DNA of 64,000 bases from assembly GCA_963843575.1 (NCBI GenBank), contig CAWJKZ010000027.1:64588-128587 (forward strand). Direction: 5' to 3'. The stretch comes from an uncultured Acidobacteriota bacterium (GTDB lineage Bacteria; Acidobacteriota; UBA6911). The notes under the pieces are model-generated. The model did not search any database, was not told where the DNA came from, and saw nothing but the letters and a program-made list of their open reading frames with translations. A program made the translations under genes and the position numbers. Of the stretch, positions 14,864 through 23,669 are shown piece after piece (position 1 is the first letter of the stretch; each line of letters opens with the position of its first letter).

Positions 14864-15502
14864 GTGCGCAACGCTTCGACAGTGTGGCTCCGGCCCGGGG
14901 ACGCGGCCTGCCTGTTCGTGTTCGCGCACGGTGCAGGGGCGGGCATGCGTCATCCGTTCATGAAGGACGTCGCGGAACGGCTGGCCGCCCGGCGCGTGGC
15001 CACGATGCGTTACCAGTTTCCCTACATGGAGCGGGGCAGCGGCAGACCGGATCCGCCGCGCGTCCTGATCGATACCGTGCGCGCGGCCGTCGACGAGGCG
15101 CGCCGCGCAGAGCCCGGCCTCCCCGTTTTCGCCGGCGGGAAGTCGATGGGCGGGCGGATGACCTCGCTAGCGGCCGCACAGGAACCCCTGCCCGGGGTGC
15201 GCGGCCTGGTGTTTCTGGGCTTCCCTCTGCATGCCCCGGGAAAGCCTTCGGCGGACCGCGGGGCGTACCTCGGGAGTGTCGGACTGCCGATGCTCTTCCT
15301 GCAAGGGACGCGCGACAAGCTCGCGGACCTCGGCCTGCTCCGGCCCTTGTGCAACGGGCTGGGTGCGCAGGCCCGTCTGCATGTCTTCGAGGGAGCGGAT
15401 CACTCCTTCCATGTCCCCAAGCGGTCCACCCCGGGCGACTTCGACATTCTCGACGAACTCGCGCGCGTCGTCTCGCACTGGGCGACCGCGGTCACTGGAT
15501 AG
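14864..15502 (+). CDS. Alpha/beta hydrolase (KANL3/Tex30-like); start uncertain
   Basis: FAHGAGAGM, GGKSMGGR nucleophile elbow, QGTRD, GADHSF. Confidence 0.85.
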   Translation: MRNASTVWLRPGDAACLFVFAHGAGAGMRHPFMKDVAERLAARRVATMRYQFPYMERGSGRPDPPRVLIDTVRAAVDEARRAEPGLPVFAGGKSMGGRMTSLAAAQEPLPGVRGLVFLGFPLHAPGKPSADRGAYLGSVGLPMLFLQGTRDKLADLGLLRPLCNGLGAQARLHVFEGADHSFHVPKRSTPGDFDILDELARVVSHWATAVTG

Positions 15503-15547
15503 TCCGGCGCCCCACCCGGGGGTTGCCGCACATGGAGGTTGGGAAAG

Positions 15548-16978
15548 ATGGACTCTGCAACGTTCCGCAGCCTGGGGCACGAACTTGTGGACTGGGTGGC
15601 CGATTATCGGGAGCGGCTGGAGTGCCTGCCCGTAATGAGTCAGGTGCGGCCGGGCGAGATCCGGGCCCGCCTGCCCCAGGATCCGCCCATCCAGGGAGGA
15701 GGACTGGCCGAGGCCGTGCGTGCCCTGGACACGGACATCCTCCCGGGCATCACGCACTGGAACCACCCTTCTTTTTTCGCCTATTTCCCCAGCAACACCA
15801 GCTACTCTTCGATCCTGGCGGACCTCGTCGCCTCCGGCCTCGGGGTGCAGGGAATGAGCTGGCAGACCAGCCCAGCGGCCACGGAGGTCGAGGAGATCGT
15901 CATGGAGTGGCTGCGCCGGATGGTGGCGCTCCCGCCGGCCTGGACCGGGGTCGTGCACGACACGGCGAGCACGGCGACGTTGTGCGCCCTGCTCTGCGCC
16001 CGCGAAAAGATCTCCGGGTTCGCGCAGAACGGCCCCGGCCTCCAGTCCGGGGAAGCCCCGATGGTCGTCTACGCGTCCAACCAGAGTCACAGCTCCATCG
16101 AGAAAGGGACGCTGCTGGCTGGCTTCGGCAGGAATCACCTCCGTCTCATCGACACCGACGGCGCCCACGCGCTCCGGCTCGACCTGCTGGAACAGGCCGT
16201 GCAAGTGGACCTCGCGGCGGGGTTGCGTCCCGCGGCCGTGGTCGCGGCCGTCGGCACCACCGCCACAACCGCGCTCGACCCCCTGAAGGGGATTGCCGCG
16301 CTGGCGCAGAAGCACGGGATGTGGCTGCACGTGGACGCGGCCATGGCGGGCACCGCCATGGTCCTCCCCGAGTGTCGCTGGATGTGGGAGGGCATCGAGG
16401 AAGCCGACAGCGTCGTGTTTAATCCCCACAAATGGATGGGGGTCGGCTTCGACTTCAGCGCCTACTTCGTCAGGGACCCGCAGCACCTCGTACGGGTGAT
16501 GAGCACCAACCCCAGCTATTTGCAGACTGCCCAGGACGGCCAGGTGAAGAACTACCGGGACTGGCACATCCAGCTGGGCCGCCGGTTCCGTTCGCTCAAG
16601 CTGCTCTTCTTCCTGATGGACGTGGGCGTCGAGGGGCTGCAGGCACGCATACGCCGGGATCTCGACAACGCACGCTGGCTCCGCGACCAGGCCGCGCCCG
16701 ACCCGGAGTGGGAGCTGATGGCCCCGGTGCCCCTGCAAACCGTCTGTTTGCGCCACGTCCCCGCGCGGCTGCGCGGGGACGAGCCGGGGCTCACCCGCCA
16801 CAACCGGGACATCGCCCTGCGGGTCAACGACAGCGGCCGGGCCTACCTGACCACCTCCGAATTGAAGGGGCGGCAAATTCTCCGGGTAAGCATCGGGGCC
16901 GAAGCGACCGAGCGCAGGCATGTTGCGGCCCTCTGGACGGCGCTCCGCGAGGCGGCGCGGCCGGCGGCGGCATCGTGA
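15548..16978 (+). CDS. Group II PLP-dependent aromatic-L-amino-acid decarboxylase
   Basis: PGITHWNHPSFFAYFP, SPAATEVE, LHVDAA, NPHKW (PLP Lys), LGRRFRSLKL. Confidence 0.9.
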   Translation: MDSATFRSLGHELVDWVADYRERLECLPVMSQVRPGEIRARLPQDPPIQGGGLAEAVRALDTDILPGITHWNHPSFFAYFPSNTSYSSILADLVASGLGVQGMSWQTSPAATEVEEIVMEWLRRMVALPPAWTGVVHDTASTATLCALLCAREKISGFAQNGPGLQSGEAPMVVYASNQSHSSIEKGTLLAGFGRNHLRLIDTDGAHALRLDLLEQAVQVDLAAGLRPAAVVAAVGTTATTALDPLKGIAALAQKHGMWLHVDAAMAGTAMVLPECRWMWEGIEEADSVVFNPHKWMGVGFDFSAYFVRDPQHLVRVMSTNPSYLQTAQDGQVKNYRDWHIQLGRRFRSLKLLFFLMDVGVEGLQARIRRDLDNARWLRDQAAPDPEWELMAPVPLQTVCLRHVPARLRGDEPGLTRHNRDIALRVNDSGRAYLTTSELKGRQILRVSIGAEATERRHVAALWTALREAARPAAAS

Positions 16979-17048
16979 GCCGGCTTGCGCGGACCGCAAC
17001 CGCCCGCGGGTGTGCTAGAATCGGCTGGAGATCCGAGAGGTATCCGCA

Positions 17049-18647
17049 TTGACGAACCAGTTCAGGACCGCGCTCGAGAAGGGTGAGTTTGTCTACACGG
17101 CAGAACTGGTGCTCGGCAGGGACCACTCGGTGCCGGAGGCCGAGGAGTTCGTCCGCGCCGCGGCACGGGAGCCGCGAGGCGTGCGGATCGTCAGCGTCAC
17201 CGATCTCCCCGGCGGGAACCCAGCCCTACCACCCGAGGCGTTCGTCCCCTTCCTCCTAAAAAACGGCCTCACCCCCATCGCGCACCTGACAGGCAAGGAC
17301 GGCAACCGGGCCGCAATCGAGAGCCGTCTCCACGCGCTGGCGCGCCTGGGGGTCGACAACATCCTAGCCCTGACGGGCGATGCGCCGCGCAGCGGGTTCC
17401 TGGGCAGACCGAAGCCGGTCTTCGATCTCGATTCCGTCCTGATCCTCCGGCTCATCCAGGCCATGGGCTCCGGGATCCGATTCGAGGTCGGTTCCAGGAC
17501 GGCACAGACCACACCCTTCGAGTTCTTCGCCGGCGCCGTGGTCAATCCCTTCAAAGGACGGCAACCCGACCTCATGATGCAGCTCTACAAGCTGGAGCTG
17601 AAGATCAGGGCGGGCGCCGCGTTCGTCATCCCGCAGATCGGGTACAACCTCCGCAAGTTATACGAGGCCAGGCAGTACATGATGCGGGAAGGGCTTGCAG
17701 TGCCCGTCCTCGCCAACGTGTACGTCCCGACGGCCGCCATCGCACGCCGGATGAAGGAGGGTGAGATCCCAGGCTGTGCCGTCGGCGATGCGCTCATCCG
17801 CCGGCTGGAGGGGGAAAAGAAGCCGCAGCGGCTGGAACGGGCGGCCCTGATGGTCGCAGCCGCCAGGACGCTGGGCTTTGCCGGGGCGCACATCGGGGGG
17901 TTCGGGCTCAGCCACGGCGATTTCCTCCACATCATCGACCGCTCGCTCGAGATCGGGCCCGACTGGAAAGGCCGCATCGACGAACTCCTGTTCGAGACGA
18001 CGCCCGACGAATTCTATCTCCTCCCGGCGGCGGCCGACGGTCTCAGTGACGGCGCGGGACGGTATCGGCTCCCGGCCCTCCCCGCGCCCACCTTGAACGC
18101 CCGGGTCGGTGACCTGGTCCACCGGCACCTGATCGACCCCAGCTCGGCTCCAGCCAGGTTCCTCTCCCGCCGGTTCGGCGGGCGCGAGGGGAACGGCGCG
18201 GGCTGGAGGACCGGTTTCTGGTACCGGATGCTCGGCCTGGCGACCCTTTACCGCAAGGCGGCCCTGGGCTGCGCTGGGTGCGGCGACTGCGTTCAGGACC
18301 ACCTCGGTTACGCGGGCTGCTCGATGCGCTGGTGCTACAAGAACCTGCGCAACGGCCCGTGCGGCGGCTCGCGCCCCGACGGCTCGTGTGAGGCCGTCCC
18401 GGAAAACCCCTGCATATGGAACCGGGTCTACCTGAACACGCTCGGGCTGAAGCGCGACCCCGGCAAATTCGCCTCCACCCTCGTCCCGCCGCGCGACTGG
18501 GGCCTGGACCACACCAACGCGCTCGCCAACCGGTTCGCCGGCATCGACAACCTCGAGCGCCGGGCCAGGCTGGAGGCACCGGGGACAGAACACCGGGAAG
18601 ACGACCGGAGTGAACTCGACGGGGCGGATGAAACCCGCCCCCGCTAA
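17049..18647 (+). CDS. Methylenetetrahydrofolate reductase (MetF-type) fused to a C-terminal MetV-like Cys-rich domain
   Basis: VTDLPGG, HLTGKDGNR, NILALTGD, KIRAGA; C-terminal CAGCGDC...CSMRWCYKNLRNGPCGGS...CE...PCIW. Confidence 0.85.
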   Translation: MTNQFRTALEKGEFVYTAELVLGRDHSVPEAEEFVRAAAREPRGVRIVSVTDLPGGNPALPPEAFVPFLLKNGLTPIAHLTGKDGNRAAIESRLHALARLGVDNILALTGDAPRSGFLGRPKPVFDLDSVLILRLIQAMGSGIRFEVGSRTAQTTPFEFFAGAVVNPFKGRQPDLMMQLYKLELKIRAGAAFVIPQIGYNLRKLYEARQYMMREGLAVPVLANVYVPTAAIARRMKEGEIPGCAVGDALIRRLEGEKKPQRLERAALMVAAARTLGFAGAHIGGFGLSHGDFLHIIDRSLEIGPDWKGRIDELLFETTPDEFYLLPAAADGLSDGAGRYRLPALPAPTLNARVGDLVHRHLIDPSSAPARFLSRRFGGREGNGAGWRTGFWYRMLGLATLYRKAALGCAGCGDCVQDHLGYAGCSMRWCYKNLRNGPCGGSRPDGSCEAVPENPCIWNRVYLNTLGLKRDPGKFASTLVPPRDWGLDHTNALANRFAGIDNLERRARLEAPGTEHREDDRSELDGADETRPR

Positions 18648-18662
18648 CGCGGAGGTCTCACC

Positions 18663-19466
18663 ATGCTCGTCATAGGCGAGCGCATCAACGCGACGCGCAA
18701 ACGCATCCGGGAAGCGGTGCTTGCCGGTAACGCGGATCTGATCAAAGAAGAAGCGCGCAGGCAGGTCGAAGCCGGCGCCCACATGCTCGACGTCAACGGA
18801 GGCATCGAGGGGAGGGAGCCGGAACTGTTGAAGTGGCTCGTCGGCATCGTCCAGGGCGTGACGGACGTGCCGCTGTGCCTCGACAGCGCCGACCCGGACG
18901 CGCTGCGCCAGGCCCTGCCGCTGTGCCGCGGCCAGGCGATGATCAACTCGGTCACCGACGAAGACGCCCGCTGCGCGGCCCTTCTGCCGGTGATCCTGGA
19001 AGCGCGCACGAAGGTGGTCGCCCTCTGCATGTCCGCCTCCGGGCCGCCATCGGGCGTGGACGACCGCGTGACCACCGCCGTCCGCCTGGTCGACAGGCTC
19101 ACCTCCGCGGGCGTTCCGCCGCAGGACATCTACGTCGATCCCTGCGTGTTTCCCACAAGCACCGGGGGTGCGCATGGCCCCGCGCTGCTGGAGGCCGTTG
19201 GCCGGATCAGGGCACTCTGCCCCGAGGTCCACACGACCTGCGGGGTGAGCAACGTCTCGTTCGGGCTACCGGCGCGGAAGCTGCTGAACGAGGTCTTCCT
19301 CATGATGCTGCTCGGGCGCGGCCTCGACGCCGCCATCATCGACCCGTGCGACACCGGACTGATGGCCCGCGTAACCGCCGCCGAAGCCCTTATCGGGCGC
19401 GACGATTTCTGCGAAGCCTACCTGCTCTCCTACCGCGCCGGCAAGCTCGGGGAGGTCTCCAGGTAA
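18663..19466 (+). CDS. acsE: Methyltetrahydrofolate:corrinoid methyltransferase (pterin-binding, AcsE/MT2 type)
   Basis: IGERINATRK, LDVN, PLCLDS, MINS, YVDP, CGVSNVSFGLP.RKLLN, LDAAIIDP. Confidence 0.82.
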   Translation: MLVIGERINATRKRIREAVLAGNADLIKEEARRQVEAGAHMLDVNGGIEGREPELLKWLVGIVQGVTDVPLCLDSADPDALRQALPLCRGQAMINSVTDEDARCAALLPVILEARTKVVALCMSASGPPSGVDDRVTTAVRLVDRLTSAGVPPQDIYVDPCVFPTSTGGAHGPALLEAVGRIRALCPEVHTTCGVSNVSFGLPARKLLNEVFLMMLLGRGLDAAIIDPCDTGLMARVTAAEALIGRDDFCEAYLLSYRAGKLGEVSR

Positions 19467-19822
19467 GGACCGCACTGGCCGTCGCGCGCGCCTCCTCTTT
19501 TTTGCTGACTCGGTTTTGGCACTCCTGCTATGCTCTCGCATCACCCTGTTTACCCTCTGTCGCATGCACCTCTCAGGGCGCGCCGGTCACGGTCCCGCCT
19601 GGGGCCGCATCTACCGAAGTACCAGGGTGCTTGCCGCGCCGACACCGTCAGGCTTCAGGTTGGCGTGGTGGCACGCAATGCCGCGATTTCGGGGTTGCGC
19701 CGAGGCGCCGGGCATCTCGGCCGCAGGGCAAGAGAGAGCGGCGTCAAGGCGCCGCACTCCGGATTGCGGACCCAAGAACTGGAGGAACCGCCCGGGGCGC
19801 CGCGTCGGCAATCGGAATCGTC

Positions 19823-21331
19823 ATGGTCAACAAAATAAGCTACAAGCTCATCCTGGCCGTGGGCGGCGTGGCGCTTGTCATCGTAAGCGCCTACGCCTTC
19901 GTGACCCTCAGGGCCCATCACGCGCAGCTTATCAGCGAGTTGCGCCGTAGCGCGAATCAGCTCAGCGAGACGATCAAGAGCAGTACCCGATACGACATGC
20001 TGTTGAACCAGCGGGAATCCGTGCACCGCATCATCAACACCATCGGCACACAGGAGGGCATTCAGAAGGTCCGCATTTTCAACAAAGAGGGGGCGATCAT
20101 CGTCTCGACGGATTCGGCCGACATCGGCCGGATGGTGGACAAGAATGCGGAGGCCTGTTACGTCTGCCACGCGGCGAATCAGCCTATCGAGAGACTGGGG
20201 ATACCGGATCGCACCCGCATTTTTCAGCCCGCGGGCGGCGATCGGATCCTGAGCATCATCAACCCCATCTACAACGAGCCGACCTGCTGGCAGAGCGACT
20301 GCCACGCACACGACCCCGCCAAGAAGGTGCTGGGCGTGCTGGATATATCGATGTCGCTGCGCGACGTGGACCGTGAAACGAGGGCCAGCGAGAACCGCCT
20401 GGTGCTGTTCGGCCTCGGAGCCATCGCCGCCGTAAGCCTGATCATTTACCTGTTGGTCGACCAGATCGTGCTCAAACCGGTGCACAAGATCGTGGACGCG
20501 ACCCGCAAAGTGGCCGCCGGCGACCTCCACTACAAGATTGCCCTCGAGAAGCGGGACGAGATCGGTCAACTGGCGAGTTCCTTCAACGAGATGACGCAAA
20601 AACTCGCGGAAGCGCAGCGCCAGGTCTATCAGTCGCAAAAGCTCGCGGCCGTCGGCCAACTGGCCGCGGGAGTTGCGCACGAAATCAACAACCCCCTCAC
20701 AGGGGTGCTGAGTTACAGCAGTTTTCTGCTCAAGCGCGCACAGGACAAGCCCGAGTTCAAGGAGGACCTGGAGGTGATCGTGCGCGAGACCAAGCGGTGC
20801 CGCGGAATCGTGCAGGGTCTGCTCGACTTCGCGCGCCAGTCGCCGCCGGAAAAACACGAGAGCGACATAACAGATATTTTCGAGCGCGCGCTCCGCATCG
20901 TGCAAACCCAGATCGACCCGCTTCGCGTCGAGCTGAAGAAGGACATCCGCGACGACCTGCCCAAGATCTACGCGGACGCCAATCAAATCCAGCAGGTCCT
21001 GGTCAACCTGCTGCTCAACGCCAACGACGCCATGGCCGCGGACGGCGGTACCCTTTCGGTCTCCGCCCGTCTCGCGGGGGACGGGGGCGTTGCGGCTGCA
21101 CAGTCCGGGAAGATCGAGATCCGCGTGAGCGACACCGGGTGCGGCATAGCGCCCGAAAACCTGCAGAAGATCTTCGATCCATTTTTCTCGACCAAAGGGC
21201 CAAAGGGGACCGGCCTCGGGCTGGCGGTGGCGTGGGGCATCGTGGAAAAACACAACGGACGAATCGAAGCCGAGAGCGAATTGGGCAAGGGGACAACCTT
21301 TCGGGTTGTGCTGCCGATAGGCAGGGGCTAG
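19823..21331 (+). CDS. Sensor histidine kinase with periplasmic heme-c motifs, HAMP, HisKA and HATPase domains
   Basis: Two TM segments flank CYVCH and CWQSDCH; DEIGQLASSFNEM HAMP; AHEINNPL H-box; GTGLGL G-box. Confidence 0.92.
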   Translation: MVNKISYKLILAVGGVALVIVSAYAFVTLRAHHAQLISELRRSANQLSETIKSSTRYDMLLNQRESVHRIINTIGTQEGIQKVRIFNKEGAIIVSTDSADIGRMVDKNAEACYVCHAANQPIERLGIPDRTRIFQPAGGDRILSIINPIYNEPTCWQSDCHAHDPAKKVLGVLDISMSLRDVDRETRASENRLVLFGLGAIAAVSLIIYLLVDQIVLKPVHKIVDATRKVAAGDLHYKIALEKRDEIGQLASSFNEMTQKLAEAQRQVYQSQKLAAVGQLAAGVAHEINNPLTGVLSYSSFLLKRAQDKPEFKEDLEVIVRETKRCRGIVQGLLDFARQSPPEKHESDITDIFERALRIVQTQIDPLRVELKKDIRDDLPKIYADANQIQQVLVNLLLNANDAMAADGGTLSVSARLAGDGGVAAAQSGKIEIRVSDTGCGIAPENLQKIFDPFFSTKGPKGTGLGLAVAWGIVEKHNGRIEAESELGKGTTFRVVLPIGRG

Positions 21332-21345
21332 GCATAGACTTTGCG
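21330..21345 (+). promoter_or_regulatory. Possible sigma-54 -24/-12 promoter
   Basis: AGGCATAGACTTTGCG has GG-N10-GC spacing, ~120 bp upstream of the receiver-GcvH-like gene. Confidence 0.3.
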
Positions 21346-21466
21346 GCCGGCGACGAGCGCTTTCCTGGATCGTGCCCCGACGGTATCCTCGCGTGGACCG
21401 TTCGGCGCGCCGTCGTGCGGACCTCATCCATGGCCGGCGGTTGTCCGGCTTCGTAGAGGCTGAGAG

Positions 21467-22627
21467 GTGGAAAACATGGTTCCTATTCTCGTCGTGACGA
21501 TGATCGCGGCGTTCATCGTCGTCGATCTGCTGATCAGGTATGTGTCGAACCGAATGCGCAAGGCCAAGGAACTCAAGGAACGCCTTGCCGCACTGGATAC
21601 GGGCCTGCGCCTCGATTTCACCCACGAAGCGAAATCACTCAAGCGGGTGGAGGTGGCCAAGCCGTACGCGCGCATCCTCGCCGTCGACGACGAGGCGATC
21701 GTCCTGGACAGCTTCAGGAAAATCCTCGTCGCGGCCGGATACGCGATCGACACGGTCGAGAGCGGCCGCGAAGCGCTCGGGCTGGTCCAGAGAAACAAGT
21801 ACGATTTCGTCTTCACCGACCTGAAGATGCCGGAAATGGACGGCCTCGACGTGGTCAAGGGGGTGAAGCACTTCAGCCCGGAATCGGACATCGTCGTCAT
21901 CACGGGCTATGCGACGATAGAATCCGCCGTCAATGCGATGAAATACGGGGCGATGGACTACGTGCAGAAGCCCTTCACCGAAGACGAGTTGGTCGAGTTC
22001 ACCAGGAAGTGCCTGATCCGCAGGCACGACCGCCTGCAGAAAGGGCTGGCCCCCACCGTGCGCGTGGTGACGACAGACCGGCTGCGCGCCAACGAGTTCC
22101 GCATCCCGGGGGGCGTGTTCATCTCCGGCGGTCACGTCTGGGTGAGTGTCACGGTGCCGGGGATCGTGCGGGTGGGGATGGACGATTTCGCGCGCAAGAT
22201 GATAGGCCACATCGACGGAATCGAACTGCCGGCCGAGGGCGCCGCCCTGAAGAAAGGCGATCCCCTCTTCAAGGTGAGGCAAGGGGGACGCGTGGCCACC
22301 TTTCACGCGCCGGTCTCGGGTGTCGTCCAGAACCTCAACACCGACTTGCCGCGAAACCTGGACTGGCTGGAACGGCACACCTACGAAAACGGGTGGGTGT
22401 GCTCGATGAAACCCGATCACCTTGCCGACGAGCTCGCGCAGATGAACATCGGCGACAAGGCCGCGGCCTGGTACCAGTTGGAGATCGCGCGTCTGCAGCA
22501 ACTGTTTGCACCGCCGCTCGACGACCCGTCCTCGGGGCTCGCGCCCGTCACGCTCGTGGAAGGCCAGTTGCAGGAGGCCGATGACGACCTGTGGGCCAGG
22601 TTTGCCGGGACGTTTCTGCAGCCGTAG
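21467..22627 (+). CDS. Membrane-anchored response regulator receiver fused to a GcvH-like domain without the lipoyl Lys
   Basis: N-terminal TM (ILVVTMIAAFIVVDLLI); VDDE...FTDLKMP...ITGY...KPF receiver; GHVWV...VRVGMDDFA...APVSG...YENGW GcvH fold. Confidence 0.85.
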   Translation: MENMVPILVVTMIAAFIVVDLLIRYVSNRMRKAKELKERLAALDTGLRLDFTHEAKSLKRVEVAKPYARILAVDDEAIVLDSFRKILVAAGYAIDTVESGREALGLVQRNKYDFVFTDLKMPEMDGLDVVKGVKHFSPESDIVVITGYATIESAVNAMKYGAMDYVQKPFTEDELVEFTRKCLIRRHDRLQKGLAPTVRVVTTDRLRANEFRIPGGVFISGGHVWVSVTVPGIVRVGMDDFARKMIGHIDGIELPAEGAALKKGDPLFKVRQGGRVATFHAPVSGVVQNLNTDLPRNLDWLERHTYENGWVCSMKPDHLADELAQMNIGDKAAAWYQLEIARLQQLFAPPLDDPSSGLAPVTLVEGQLQEADDDLWARFAGTFLQP

Positions 22628-22729
22628 GCTGCCGACTCGTCCAGGAACGGCGTGAACCTCCCGGAGCATTTGCGCACGCGGCCGACCGTGTATGAACCCT
22701 AATTCCTTCAGCAATCGTAGGTGATTTTT

Positions 22730-23669
22730 ATGGAAAAGAAGCTGCACCGCCGCACGCTCCTCAAGCTGGGCCTGGCCGCGACCGCCGGGGGTTCGACTCC
22801 CCCGCTGGCGCTGGCGTCGTCCCAGCCGCAAGGGCAGAATCAGCCCCCTCCGGACCACGCGGGCGTGCTCGTGGACACGACACTCTGTATCGGGTGCCGG
22901 AAGTGCGAGGAGGCGTGCAATCGCCGGAACAACCTGCCGCGCACGGCCGACGTCCTTTTCAGACCGGGAGGTCCTGCGCTCGTTCCGCCGGCCCAGCGAA
23001 ACCGCGTTCACCGTGGTGAACCAGTTCCCGGGGAGCCCTTCACCCGACCAGGCCGACCTGCCGCAGACATATGCGAAGGTCCAATGCATGCACTGCCTCT
23101 ACCCGTCCTGCGTCTCGGCGTGCATCGTGGGGGCGCTGACGAAGTCGGCGGACGGCGCAGTGGTCTACAACCCCACGATCTGCCTGGGCTGCCGCTACTG
23201 CCAGGTCGCCTGTCCCTTCGAAATCCCGGCATACGAGTTTCATGAACCGCTCGTGCCGCGTGTGCGCAAGTGCGAGTTCTGCACCGACCGCGCGCGGGGC
23301 ACCGGGGCCAATCCCGCCTGCGCCGCCTCTTGCCCCACCGAGGCCCTGGTCTTCGGCCGCAGGGCGGAGTTGCTCGCCATGGCCAAGGAGCGCATCAAGA
23401 AACGCCCCAACCGCTACGTCAACCACGTGTATGGCGAGACGGAGGCGGGGGGGACCGGCTGGCTCTACCTGACCGGGCGGCCGGTGCAGGAGGTCGGACT
23501 GCTGAATCTCCCGAGCAAGGCTCCGCCGCAGCTGACCGAGACCATTCAGCACGGCATCTTCAGATTCGGCATGATCCCGATCGCGTTCTATGGCCTGCTC
23601 TCATACCTGTGGCACCGCAACATGCAGCGGCCCGGCGATGCCGGCACGACCGAAGGCGGTGCGGAATGA
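22730..23669 (+). CDS. Tat-exported 4x[4Fe-4S] ferredoxin, HybA/NrfC-like, with C-terminal TM; frameshift ~22955
   Basis: HRRTLLK; CIGCRKCEEAC, CMHCLYPSCVSAC, CLGCRYCQVACP, CEFC...PACAASCP; YGETEAGGT. Confidence 0.9.

Noticed and set aside
17049-19466. Complete Wood-Ljungdahl pathway
   Set aside because: Only MetF-V and AcsE are present; acsABCD, fhs and folD are not in the window.
19516-19535. Sigma-54 promoter TTGGCAC upstream of the kinase
   Set aside because: GG-to-GC spacing is not 10 nt.
21467-22627. Glycine cleavage H protein or LbpA sulfur carrier
   Set aside because: The lipoyl Lys is absent, and no gcvPT, lipoate ligase or sHdr genes are nearby.
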